Shown piece after piece: positions 25,259 through 34,797 of a DNA stretch of 64,000 nucleotides. The stretch's first letter is position 1, and each line of letters opens with the position of its first letter. The notes beneath the pieces are model-generated. The model searched no databases, was not told where the DNA came from, and was given only the letters and a program-made list of their open reading frames with translations. The stretch comes from a virus: positions 1 to 64,000 of IMG/VR virus record IMGVR_UViG_3300010354_000051, one strand, 5' to 3'. The translations under genes were made by a program, and so were the position numbers.

Positions 25259-28200
25259 TTATGAAATTCTCATTATATAGGCCAGGGCGTAGTATGGCGG
25301 GCGATTTTCCACCGGATCGGTGTTTAGTTGATTACCGGCAGAGTCAATCGGGGTGCCGCTAGTACCCACGTTAGGCTCTCCAGTAGCTCTTTCCAACACA
25401 TAATCACGTCTGGTTTGCTCATCTCCTGAACCGCCAGTTCCGTTGGCAGAAATGTGTTGGGTAGGAGCTTGACCCAACTCCGCTTTAGCAGTTTCATTAC
25501 CCTGATAACCATTCGTAGAGGCCAGGAAGTGTCTGTGGTCGGGGAGTTGATTCGGAGACAAGGTGACCGAATCGGCACCACCCAGATCGCCCAAGTCGTA
25601 CAGATTACCAGCACCGACGATAAATCTGTCAAGAAGGTTAGGGGTATTGTTGCTTCCGTTACAAAGAGCCCAACCATTAGGTACATTTACCCCAGACCAC
25701 ATGATAATACCGCCAATTGGTATCGCTGCATTTACATAGTTAGCTATGGCTTTTTCTGTGGGCAGTTTAGAATCAGACGGGGATTGAGAATTTATCGAAG
25801 TGACAATGGCCTCTGCAGCTTGGCCATTCAAACTCCCCAACTTGAGCGAGGAGAAAGCTACCGGATCGTTGTTGAGTGGTAAGCCGGTACTAATCTCAAA
25901 CTGGGTTACGTTGTCGGTAGGGTCATTAGGATCGCCACCTGGCAACTCAACAGAAGTAGTAGTTACTGCTATACCGTTACCGCCAGAAATACTGCTGTCA
26001 AACCTCACATCGAGTTCTTCAGCCAGATCGAGGGCAGTTACCACGGCCTTATCAGCTACGCCAGAGGCCGAGCCATTCTTCGCCCCTCTGATGATTGACT
26101 TATCGGCTAGCTGAACCAAACCTGCTCGAGTTTTGGTAGAGTAAGACGCTGGGGGATTGTTGCTAGCAACAATATCGCCAGTGGTTAAAGACTTGAACTG
26201 GGTGTCATTGCTGAAGAAGATAGTGGTGTCGTTGCCGAACACAACCCTGGAACCGTCATCGAGCAACAGTGTGTTCCGAATAATAACATTGTTCAGAACT
26301 TGGTTGGTTAGACCTTCTTGCTCGCCTTGGGCGCTAAGAGGTATCGAGTACTGTTCGCCAGATCTCAGGTCGAATACAGTCGTACCGAGGTAGAAATTAC
26401 CCTCTTCGTTCATGCCCGTGGCATAAATACGGCCACCGCTTTCCTCAACCAAGATCTTGCTAAGGGCAAAATCCCTCTCAAGAGGCTCGCCTTGGTACTG
26501 GGGGAGTGCGGTGTCGTAATTCAAATACCCGCTCCATTCCCAGGTATGGCCCGAGGCTCGGATTACGGACGGTCGACGTAGACCGACACGGATGCCAGTA
26601 GATTGTACGCTGCTGGAGGTTTTTAGTGAGATCGGGCTTACGGAAGGAGCTAAGGCCGCGCTTAGCCATACACCAGGGCGGCTTCTGAACTGCTCTAGAG
26701 CGACTTTGGTGATGCTGCTGGTTGGGTCTTCACTAGACTCGGGGTAGTCGTAGTCGGAAGCAGGAGCTAGCTGGCCATTGAACACAGTTCGAGCAGCCGA
26801 GCCTAGAGTTAAATAGGTTACATACGCACCATCTTTGTTGACATTGAAAACGTCTCGGTATGTCTGGACGGAAGTCAGGGTGAACGGGTCGGAGTTATTG
26901 GGGTTGAGTGGGTAACCAGCCACACCCTCCTGTTTCTCCAGAATATAGAATGGCTGGGGTTTTCTCAACCCTTTGGTCTTTGTAAAACCTTCCAGCACTA
27001 CCCGATAAACTTTTTCTTCAGCTTTACGCTTATCCGTCGCACGAACAATCTTAATCGAAGACTGATCGAACATCAGGTCTAGCGCGGCATAGACCGCATT
27101 GCTGCCTGTCGGGTTGGTTAGAAGTTTATAACGGAACGCATAATCAAACCGCTTCAGCAGATAACCATCATTGTCGGCATCGGTCGATTCTTCAATAATA
27201 CCACCAGTTGTTACAGGGATGTACCAGCTACCCGAGCCGGTAACCAGATTGCCCTGGTCGTCATACTGTTGGGGGGTTGGATCCCACACGAAGATCTTCG
27301 AGCTATCGTCCAGATTGGCAAAGCCGGTGGTAGTTGGGTCGGGAGCTTTTAGGTTGCCTGTGTACAGGATGCTATTGCCCAGTTCATCAAATCCGCCGAC
27401 AAAGATCCTCTTTCTGTTGACTTGGTTCGGGCCGCCAGAAAGCTCCCAAGTCGTGCTGTTGATCTTCCTGGTGTAGGTGAATTGGCCAAAAGCAGCATCT
27501 TGAGCCGAGGGCGGATTGGTTAGAGAGAACTGCGAAGTGATGTTCGAGTTACGGACGTAAATTCGCAGAGTTTCAGGAGCGGTATTGTTGACAGTTTTGT
27601 TGACAACGGTATAGGCCAGAGTCTTGCTATAGTCAAGTGCCAGACCGGTATTGATCTGAGAGTCTTCCAGGGTGGCAGCATGGCCATTGGACAAAGCGGT
27701 ATAGCTCAGGGGCAGGGGTGGAATAATCTCGGTGATTCTCGTGCCGTCATAGCCTGAGCTGGTAGTGCGCTCGTCTTGACTGAATGACTTTGACTTATAC
27801 CCAATACTGCGAAGAGAAATATCGCCGAAGTCCGAACAGGAGTTGGTGATGGAAAGGTCGGCACCATTCTCAGATACGAAGTGATCGCTGTTGCCGATAC
27901 AGAAGACAGAGACGATTTGAATAGTCGAATCGTTAGAACCTCTGATGCCGAAGTGACGATATTTGAACAGGTCGTTAGCGCAGGACTTGTAAACCTTACC
28001 TTCACCGGTGTCTTTGTCCGTTGGAGGGTCGAGGGAATACGTGCCGGGGTTAAAGCATTCCGGGTCGGTCTGCAGAGATACTTGGGTGAAGTTGGCAGTA
28101 ACCATTGACTTGAATCCGCCAACCCGAGACCCGTCTGCCCACAAACCGTTTAGACCGAAGATTGAGCGGACGGTACAGTTAAGGACGTAGGGGGAGGAGG

Positions 28201-30487
28201 ATCGCGTGCTGTTTACGTCGGGCAGCGGCCAGCGAGCAGCGCCGGGGTAAGTGATGGGGGAGTTTGGCCTACCGTCACCACCAGCAACTAGCAACCCGGT
28301 CAGGTTCTCTTCAATATCCTGGGCTCGGTTCGAGCCGGTAGGAGCTACTATGGTCGTTTCTGCAGGGATGGCTTCCAGGGCTTCCGAGCCCCAGTTATCC
28401 ACATCTTTGAGTAGGCTGGTTAGTTTGGCATAGTATGAGATTTCAGACTGGTCACCAGCTATTTCCGCTTGAGAAGCGAAATCTACGCTAGTCACAGTGT
28501 TGTGAGAGCGGAGGTATTGCGGGTTGTCAGTGAAGGTCAGCAGGGACAGATACGTGCCGCCAGTAACTTTAAAGATTGCGGTGCGTTCAGTCTGAGCTGC
28601 GTCCTGGCCCGGAGTTAGGGCAGGAACGTACATCGGCCTGATCCGTACTTTTCTTAAGTCGGTTCCGTCTACGGAGATTCCTCGGGGGATGATAATACCG
28701 CCGGTTACCGGGTTTACTGCAGACAATCTGTCGTAGTACAGGTCGTCTCCCGATGCAAAAGTGCCCTGGACATATTCCAGAGTCAAGACCCAGTTTGGGC
28801 TAGACAGGGAGATTTTTTCAAGACGGGTGATGTTGCCCACACCACCCGACTCGCTATACAGAACTCGACCTAGGTTGATCGGATGAGGAGGCTGGGTAGA
28901 AGTCGCGTTATTGCTATTAATTGTGATGTGGGTATATCTCGACCCTTGGCTGACTGACAGAATGCTAAACCCGGCGCTCAGCCTTTGGAAAAGACCAGTG
29001 CTGGTTGTCGGGCTTAGGGTGGAGGAGTTGCCCGGAGAGTTGTCGACATAATAGTCGCCAGGAGCCAACTCAATCATCACTTTGTCGTAACGATCGTTGT
29101 TAGAGCCGGCTCTGAACGACTCACGATCACCTTCAATCAGGGCTCGTTCCAGGGTACGGAAGGGACGCTTATCATCAAAACCGTTATTCTCAATCGAGTC
29201 GTCACCGATCGTGCAATCGACGTAGATTACATTTCTGGTGGTGATTGACGGGCTGGTGTTATAGTCCCGGTTGCAGCGAGCCGCCCCGCCTACATAAATC
29301 AGGCTACCGTCACCAGTTGCGTAAAGTGCTACTTTTTCATTGTAGTTTTTGTAGCATTTGCCTACGGTCGGATTGGTAGTAGACGGCTCGAAATCGTAAA
29401 CGCCGGGGGACGAGTCGGGGTATTGGAAGGGCAGGGCGGCACCGTCCGGGCATTCCAGAGCTGTCTTATCACCGATGAATTCACGGCCACCGCAAGACAA
29501 GAACGTGCCCAGGACCGGATTGCAGTCGGAACCGGGGGCTTCCTCAAACTTCCATTGACCGCTAGCGGCATGGTAAAAGATCTGAATGTGCGCGTCTCTG
29601 ATGTTGACGATCCAATCGTCGGCAGACCCGTTTAGGTTTTCTTCGCTTACCGGGTTGATTCGGAGAATCAGCGGATAGCTGTTGAAGCTACCGCTAATGT
29701 CAACAATAGCAAATCGGTCTGAATCGGATGGGGATTCAGGTAGAGTGACAACAATGCTACCGCTGCTCGTATCGGCAATTACCCTATCCCATACTTTAGC
29801 CGTATAGCTCGAGCTTTTGACGCTGGTATTGACTAGGTTTTTCGGATAGGTATTTAAATTACCGATAAATACGTTGGGCCTCAGGTCGACATAACCAGCT
29901 CCGACTACGTCATTAGTGAGCGAGTCGGTTGCCAGACCGTCAGCAGTCGTATTCAGGGTGAGTTTGGCTAGGGGAATATGGGCAGTGGTTACACTCGGCA
30001 AAGAGTTGCCAATAGATAGAGCGACAGGCTCGGACGCAGAGATATTATCCAGAGCGCTGGCCTCATCCAAATAGATGTAGGACGTTGCGCCTGAGACCGG
30101 ATTCAGGATCTGGATGGTTTGTCTAGCCCAGGAGATCGGAGTACCGGCTCGGCTAATAACAGAGCCGGCTTCAACTGTAACCCCGATTCCGCTATTTACT
30201 GGCCGGACTGCCGGTGTGCCAGGAACCTGCACCGAGCTAGTTAGGCTGTCCCAACCTAAAACAATACCGTCATGGGCTAAGCGGCCAATACCAGTTTCTC
30301 TTTCTTCCCTAGGGTCGGAGATTTCCCAGTCCTTAATCTTATCTCTTTCGGCTATATCCCAACCGGCCTGATCAGGCTCGGAGTAAAAATCGGAACGGGC
30401 GGGTGCGGTAAACTTGTCGCCTTTCTGGACTTCGTTTAAATACGCACTACTAACGCTCTTACCGTTCTGAAAATCAATCTTATTCAT
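25259..30487 (-). CDS. Long tail fibre / receptor-binding protein with a C-terminal tail-collar domain
   Basis: 1742 aa. Cyanophage-type GDDSIENNG..RPFRTLERAL and a beta-helix-like centre; IPIGGIIMWSG..GWALCNG..TPNL.DRF (tail collar). Confidence 0.8.
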   Translation of the reverse strand: MNKIDFQNGKSVSSAYLNEVQKGDKFTAPARSDFYSEPDQAGWDIAERDKIKDWEISDPREERETGIGRLAHDGIVLGWDSLTSSVQVPGTPAVRPVNSGIGVTVEAGSVISRAGTPISWARQTIQILNPVSGATSYIYLDEASALDNISASEPVALSIGNSLPSVTTAHIPLAKLTLNTTADGLATDSLTNDVVGAGYVDLRPNVFIGNLNTYPKNLVNTSVKSSSYTAKVWDRVIADTSSGSIVVTLPESPSDSDRFAIVDISGSFNSYPLILRINPVSEENLNGSADDWIVNIRDAHIQIFYHAASGQWKFEEAPGSDCNPVLGTFLSCGGREFIGDKTALECPDGAALPFQYPDSSPGVYDFEPSTTNPTVGKCYKNYNEKVALYATGDGSLIYVGGAARCNRDYNTSPSITTRNVIYVDCTIGDDSIENNGFDDKRPFRTLERALIEGDRESFRAGSNNDRYDKVMIELAPGDYYVDNSPGNSSTLSPTTSTGLFQRLSAGFSILSVSQGSRYTHITINSNNATSTQPPHPINLGRVLYSESGGVGNITRLEKISLSSPNWVLTLEYVQGTFASGDDLYYDRLSAVNPVTGGIIIPRGISVDGTDLRKVRIRPMYVPALTPGQDAAQTERTAIFKVTGGTYLSLLTFTDNPQYLRSHNTVTSVDFASQAEIAGDQSEISYYAKLTSLLKDVDNWGSEALEAIPAETTIVAPTGSNRAQDIEENLTGLLVAGGDGRPNSPITYPGAARWPLPDVNSTRSSSPYVLNCTVRSIFGLNGLWADGSRVGGFKSMVTANFTQVSLQTDPECFNPGTYSLDPPTDKDTGEGKVYKSCANDLFKYRHFGIRGSNDSTIQIVSVFCIGNSDHFVSENGADLSITNSCSDFGDISLRSIGYKSKSFSQDERTTSSGYDGTRITEIIPPLPLSYTALSNGHAATLEDSQINTGLALDYSKTLAYTVVNKTVNNTAPETLRIYVRNSNITSQFSLTNPPSAQDAAFGQFTYTRKINSTTWELSGGPNQVNRKRIFVGGFDELGNSILYTGNLKAPDPTTTGFANLDDSSKIFVWDPTPQQYDDQGNLVTGSGSWYIPVTTGGIIEESTDADNDGYLLKRFDYAFRYKLLTNPTGSNAVYAALDLMFDQSSIKIVRATDKRKAEEKVYRVVLEGFTKTKGLRKPQPFYILEKQEGVAGYPLNPNNSDPFTLTSVQTYRDVFNVNKDGAYVTYLTLGSAARTVFNGQLAPASDYDYPESSEDPTSSITKVALEQFRSRPGVWLSAALAPSVSPISLKTSSSVQSTGIRVGLRRPSVIRASGHTWEWSGYLNYDTALPQYQGEPLERDFALSKILVEESGGRIYATGMNEEGNFYLGTTVFDLRSGEQYSIPLSAQGEQEGLTNQVLNNVIIRNTLLLDDGSRVVFGNDTTIFFSNDTQFKSLTTGDIVASNNPPASYSTKTRAGLVQLADKSIIRGAKNGSASGVADKAVVTALDLAEELDVRFDSSISGGNGIAVTTTSVELPGGDPNDPTDNVTQFEISTGLPLNNDPVAFSSLKLGSLNGQAAEAIVTSINSQSPSDSKLPTEKAIANYVNAAIPIGGIIMWSGVNVPNGWALCNGSNNTPNLLDRFIVGAGNLYDLGDLGGADSVTLSPNQLPDHRHFLASTNGYQGNETAKAELGQAPTQHISANGTGGSGDEQTRRDYVLERATGEPNVGTSGTPIDSAGNQLNTDPVENRPPYYALAYIMRIS

Positions 30488-30510
30488 GGAAAGCAGACTA
30501 TGCTATTCTG

Positions 30511-30518
30511 CTTTCAAC
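30511..30518 (-). promoter_or_regulatory. Candidate late promoter GTTGAAAG-N6-AG
   Basis: 23 nt upstream of the tail-fibre ATG at 30487. Confidence 0.75.
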
Positions 30519-31028
30519 TCATTCCGCCCAAATGACCCGACCCAACCACTTCGGCATCGGACCATAAGAAGTCATTTCAACCAGTACAGAAGAGCCGAGA
30601 GAGGCATAGAGATCAATCGGATTGTCCACATTGGGGGTGTTGTCCGGGTTCCACAGGGACGGATTCCCCCAGTCCACTTCATAGTCGAAATATGAAGCGA
30701 ATGAGGTCAAGGGTTGCTGGACAAATCTCATTAGAATTCGGAAAGTCCTCACCGTGCGGTCTGGGGTGCTGAGAGGATTCGGTACGGGAATCGGCAGGTT
30801 TTCCGGATTGGTTACGTCCAGGTCGAGGTGATTGGAGGCGTACAGATTGCTGCCTAGTGGAATGCGAACACATGCCCCGCCTAATTCTACCGGTTCTGTC
30901 GACTCATCAAAAACCCAAACTCTGCCGTCAGCCTGATTGGTTGCAATCTCTCCGCTATCCCCATCGCCAATGAACGGCTCCTCATTGGGTAGGTTGGTTG
31001 TCAGAGACTGAATCGTAGCTTCGGGCAT
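30519..31028 (-). CDS. Tail-fibre-associated protein
   Basis: GEIATNQADGRVWV resembles the GEIAINxxDGK N-terminal motif of fibre proteins. Start reassigned to the ATG at 31028 (MPEATI). Confidence 0.6.
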   Translation of the reverse strand: MPEATIQSLTTNLPNEEPFIGDGDSGEIATNQADGRVWVFDESTEPVELGGACVRIPLGSNLYASNHLDLDVTNPENLPIPVPNPLSTPDRTVRTFRILMRFVQQPLTSFASYFDYEVDWGNPSLWNPDNTPNVDNPIDLYASLGSSVLVEMTSYGPMPKWLGRVIWAE

Positions 31029-31053
31029 GATGGCGAATTGACCTTCTGGAGGG

Positions 31054-31061
31054 CTTTCAAC
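31054..31061 (-). promoter_or_regulatory. Candidate late promoter GTTGAAAG-N6-AG
   Basis: 25 nt upstream of the ATG at 31028. Confidence 0.7.
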
Positions 31062-31288
31062 GCATAATTCCGCGCACGCCCCTACCCCTTGCTGTATTTT
31101 TAAAATAAAAAATAAAAGGAATATAGGCATTTAGGCTCTTAGGGGTAAATGACATGGAATTGGTCGCTTTCGGCCGAAAAATCGCCCAAAACCCTAGTAA
31201 AACCGTAGCGGTTTTTTGGGTCTGGTCTGTCTCACCCTGAAACCGCCGATACCCTAGCTGCTTTTTGACCCCCCTAAGTGCTTTTTAG

Positions 31289-31372
31289 GGGGGGCCTAAG
31301 TGTATTTTGAAAAAGCAGCTAGGCCCCCGGTAAAAGCATGGTAGGATGGTAGAAAATACACTTAGGCCCCCC
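31289..31372. repeat. Perfect 20-bp inverted repeat with a 44-nt spacer
   Basis: GGGGGGCCTAAGTGTATTTT (31289-31308) and AAAATACACTTAGGCCCCCC (31353-31372). Confidence 0.9.
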
Positions 31373-32494
31373 TTGAATCTGTCCCTCAGCCCTCTTGAAG
31401 ATCAGATAAATTATGCCGAAGAGGCCAGATCTCTGGATTTAGATAGTCTGGACCGGTACGAACTACTGAAAGTTGCCAATAGCTTCCGGGTTGTTATTAT
31501 ACTTTATTCGGAAAGGTTATCTAATTTGGCCACTAGACTGAGCGAAAAGGATAGCGAAATAGAAAGATTAAAAGAGGAGAATAAAAATCTGAGAGACAGA
31601 ATAAGCAAACTTGAAATACCCGACTTCATACCTAAAGAGCAGAAGATACAGGAGTGGCTAAAGGGCAGAGAGATAGAGTACGAGAGGGAGAGGATTAATA
31701 TGGAGAACAGTAAAATATTGGCTAGCGGAGATGTAGCAGTTAGACTGGGTGAAGTGCTAAAAGATAACAAATACGCTCCGCATGCTATTAATAGCGTGTT
31801 GAAAAAAACTCTCGTCGCTGCGGGCGAAGAGGTTAAGTCGGCAGTCAATACTGTACTTGAAGATCGTATTTCATCGGCTTACCAGCTTGGGTTTACATGG
31901 CAAACCCGCTCTTCTAAAAGGCCTTCTAGAGAGGCTACTTGTGTCAAGTTGTTGAGCAAGTGGGAGGCTGAGTATCAGATCGGCAAAGAGTACAACATTA
32001 ATTTCTTACCCGATCCGTCTGCTATCGCAGAAAGCGGGGATGGGGCAGTCTGTGCAGTGATAAATATGATTGTTGAGGCTCTGGGGGGCGAATTGGACCT
32101 GGGCATAGGGAAAAATAACTTCAACCGGCTGCAAAAAGCAATCCGAATTTACAAATCTTCACCGGTTAAGGTTCTTTCTCCTGCTCAGCCAGTGGGGGAT
32201 ACTCCCGTCGAGCTGTGCAACAAAGTATTCGGTCCGGGTCTCCCCGAGGAGGAGAAGGTGAAAGTCATCGCGACATTTGCAGAGAGACTGAGCAGGTATA
32301 AGTCGGCTAGTGAAATACCACCCGAGCTGATTAGAAAATCCTGCACTTTGTCCCGTCTGCCCGTCTTTTTCACTTGGGACCAGGCCCACAAGGACGCTCA
32401 CTCCCGCCTAAAAGCCCTGAAAAACGGCCATTACGACCATGAGTACAAGCGGTTGCTGGAAACCCTGGTCGTTGAAAGTAAAACAGAGGGGTAA
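31346..32494 (+). CDS. Hypothetical protein with an N-terminal coiled coil
   Basis: 382-aa ORF; heptad-like LSEKDSEIERLKEENKNLRDRISKLE. First gene of the plus-strand block. Confidence 0.75.
   Translation: MVENTLRPPLNLSLSPLEDQINYAEEARSLDLDSLDRYELLKVANSFRVVIILYSERLSNLATRLSEKDSEIERLKEENKNLRDRISKLEIPDFIPKEQKIQEWLKGREIEYERERINMENSKILASGDVAVRLGEVLKDNKYAPHAINSVLKKTLVAAGEEVKSAVNTVLEDRISSAYQLGFTWQTRSSKRPSREATCVKLLSKWEAEYQIGKEYNINFLPDPSAIAESGDGAVCAVINMIVEALGGELDLGIGKNNFNRLQKAIRIYKSSPVKVLSPAQPVGDTPVELCNKVFGPGLPEEEKVKVIATFAERLSRYKSASEIPPELIRKSCTLSRLPVFFTWDQAHKDAHSRLKALKNGHYDHEYKRLLETLVVESKTEG
32471..32478 (+). promoter_or_regulatory. Candidate late promoter GTTGAAAG-N6-AG
   Basis: 22 nt upstream of the GTG at 32501; heads the baseplate cluster. 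Confidence 0.75.
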
Positions 32495-32500
32495 TTTTGA

Positions 32501-33505
32501 GTGAGTAGCACGTATCTTACTGACTCCTGGTCTAGTATTTCTGGCCTGGCCGCTGTTGCTTACGGCTCGCCCAGCCTGTACCCAGAAGTGGCTAATCAGG
32601 TCCGGTCTCAGTCGCCTACAAGTTTTGTCGACATGTTGCCGCCTTCTGAAGTCTTAAGACATGCGCTCCCCGCTGAAGTTTTCCAAGACTCGGTACAGGA
32701 TGAGTACGACAAAGGTGGAGATTTTGCAGACTATGTAGATTCGGGTAAGAGAACAGTCGGGCAGGAGGCTGACAGCATATACGACAATCTGCTGTCTTTT
32801 TCCGACCAAGTCACTTCATACAACAAGAGATTCTCTGACCTGCTCGGTTATGTGACTTCTGGCAAGGGGCTGGATGTGGTAAGCGTAACCAGAAACCTGG
32901 AAAGCAAATTGCCAGACCTGTCTCTGTTCACATCAATAGCTACTAGCATCGCTTCTAGAAAGCTGGATAAACTTCCTGCTGACACTCAGGTCAGCATTTC
33001 AGACACTGCTCCGTTAGGCAAAGATGTGAGAGGGGTGGACATAGCTGCTGGCTATTTGACACCCGGACAGTATTTTTCTGACGTAGCTTATCCCGGTGTC
33101 GGCACGACCTTTGACAATCTGCCCGCATCTATCATGACTTCACTAGAGCAGGGCTATGCCGGATATGGTTCGCTAGAACCTCTAGCCGGCCCACTATCGC
33201 TGGTATCTGTAGAAGATGTTGCCGGCTTGTCTAGCATACCACGGTCGTTGTTCGGAATAGGCACATTGAATACGATTAGAGATTTGACCGGGCTCGGTCT
33301 AATGTCCGAAGCTGACCAGGCCATGTATTCAGTAGACCTGTCCGAACTAATTCTGGCCAGAAACGGCTATACAACTTATAACCCTCTGACCGACAGTAAT
33401 GGGGATTTCCTCGATCCGGCTCTTGTAACCGATCCTGCCCTTAAAAATATCGACCCTGGTCAAGGTCTTCCTTCTTCTCAAAGATCTAAATCTACCGCAT
33501 TCTAA
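32501..33505 (+). CDS. Baseplate protein with an N-terminal LysM / gpX-like domain
   Basis: SISGLAAVAYGSPSLYPEVANQ resembles the LysM/tail-X pattern; directly upstream of baseplate J. Confidence 0.5.
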   Translation: MSSTYLTDSWSSISGLAAVAYGSPSLYPEVANQVRSQSPTSFVDMLPPSEVLRHALPAEVFQDSVQDEYDKGGDFADYVDSGKRTVGQEADSIYDNLLSFSDQVTSYNKRFSDLLGYVTSGKGLDVVSVTRNLESKLPDLSLFTSIATSIASRKLDKLPADTQVSISDTAPLGKDVRGVDIAAGYLTPGQYFSDVAYPGVGTTFDNLPASIMTSLEQGYAGYGSLEPLAGPLSLVSVEDVAGLSSIPRSLFGIGTLNTIRDLTGLGLMSEADQAMYSVDLSELILARNGYTTYNPLTDSNGDFLDPALVTDPALKNIDPGQGLPSSQRSKSTAF

Positions 33506-33510
33506 TCTCC

Positions 33511-34797
33511 ATGGCTACTGAAATTTTTGGGCCTATATTGCCGCTACTTCTAGACAGTAGAAATGTTGACGATGTGGTTAGAGGTATACAGTCTCGGATG
33601 TTTATTGAGTCGGGCGGGGCTCTGACAGATTTTACCCCGGCTTCACCCCTTGCAGCAATTAGCGAAGGTCAGGGTTATGCTCAGGCCGAACTGCTATACT
33701 ACCTAAATAGCTTGCCAGAAGCTGTAACTTTGCAATGGCTGAGGACTCTAGGCATTCAAAGAAAACTAGGAGCTAGGGCAGAAGTTGAGATTACTTTGTA
33801 CAAAGTTCCTGGCTATCAAAGAGCAGTTAATATACCGGCCGGGTCTAAGGTTTACGCGAACGGAGGACAAGTTTACATAACTTTGACCCAAGTCTCAATC
33901 ACTTCCGACTCAGCAACTGTCCTGGCGCAGTCTGAGAGATGGGGGACGATTTACAATGTTGGCCAGGGTCAGATTAACCGAATCGATAAAAATTACCTCG
34001 GCCTCGACTACATAACCAATCTTCAGCCAGCTACCGGAGGGGAAGACCTAGAGTCTGCTGAAGATATGAAGTTCAGAGCATTTGAACTCTTCGGGCGCAG
34101 AAATCTTACCTCAAAAGCAGATTTTGAAGCAGAAATCGCCCAGGTAGCTCCCGAGGCAGAGATTGTAAAAGTTCTATCGTATGAAGAGCGGTTTGGTCAG
34201 GATAGTCGAGGAATTTTTATAGTTGCTGGCGGGTCTAACGGTTCGCCCTTATCCACATCGACTCAAACCTCACTAATAACCTCAATTCGGGACAAAGTCC
34301 CGCTTGATTGCAGAATTTACCTGGCCCAACCTACAATCCTGCCAGTAGAAGTAGTGGTTAACATAACCTGGGACCCACTCACTACTTCAGTATTTACTGA
34401 TACTATGGCATCTGAAATTAATCAGTTGCTGCTAGACCTGATCGACCCGGCAATACTCGGCCTGGGGAATAGTCTATCCCATACCGAAATATATAGAAGA
34501 GTGCTAGCTCTGGGCTATGTAGTGGAAGTTCCTGTGTTGGATATTAAGGAGAGGATTGTCGACTTGGACACTTCCGGTACGGATACGTCCTGTGGAAGAT
34601 TTGTTGGTGAGGATGTAGGGGACGATACTTGTCTCTATACCTACAACGCTATGGTAACCAACTCAGACCCTGGGAGTCTGACTACTTCCGATCCGACTTC
34701 CGCTTTTAAACTCTACAAATCCGTAGTCTCTCTAACCTCTACAATTGACTACAGCACCTTAACTTACACTTACGACAATCTATATGAACTTGTCTAA
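33511..34797 (+). CDS. Baseplate J/gp47-family wedge protein
   Basis: TDFTPASPLAAI.E, ITNLQPATGGEDLES.EDMK.RA, DFEAEIAQV and IRDKVPL. Confidence 0.85.
   Translation: MATEIFGPILPLLLDSRNVDDVVRGIQSRMFIESGGALTDFTPASPLAAISEGQGYAQAELLYYLNSLPEAVTLQWLRTLGIQRKLGARAEVEITLYKVPGYQRAVNIPAGSKVYANGGQVYITLTQVSITSDSATVLAQSERWGTIYNVGQGQINRIDKNYLGLDYITNLQPATGGEDLESAEDMKFRAFELFGRRNLTSKADFEAEIAQVAPEAEIVKVLSYEERFGQDSRGIFIVAGGSNGSPLSTSTQTSLITSIRDKVPLDCRIYLAQPTILPVEVVVNITWDPLTTSVFTDTMASEINQLLLDLIDPAILGLGNSLSHTEIYRRVLALGYVVEVPVLDIKERIVDLDTSGTDTSCGRFVGEDVGDDTCLYTYNAMVTNSDPGSLTTSDPTSAFKLYKSVVSLTSTIDYSTLTYTYDNLYELV

Noticed and set aside
31029-31130. Track's hydrophobic N-terminal extension (MPIFLLFFILK...) suggesting a signal peptide
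   Set aside because: It lies upstream of and across the promoter motif at 31054; the real start is more likely 31028.
32479-32494. GGGTAA downstream of several octamers, reminiscent of cyanobacterial SigF promoter elements
   Set aside because: Present at only some sites and with variable spacing (6-21 nt), unlike the fixed +7/+8 AG. Not supportable as part of the motif.
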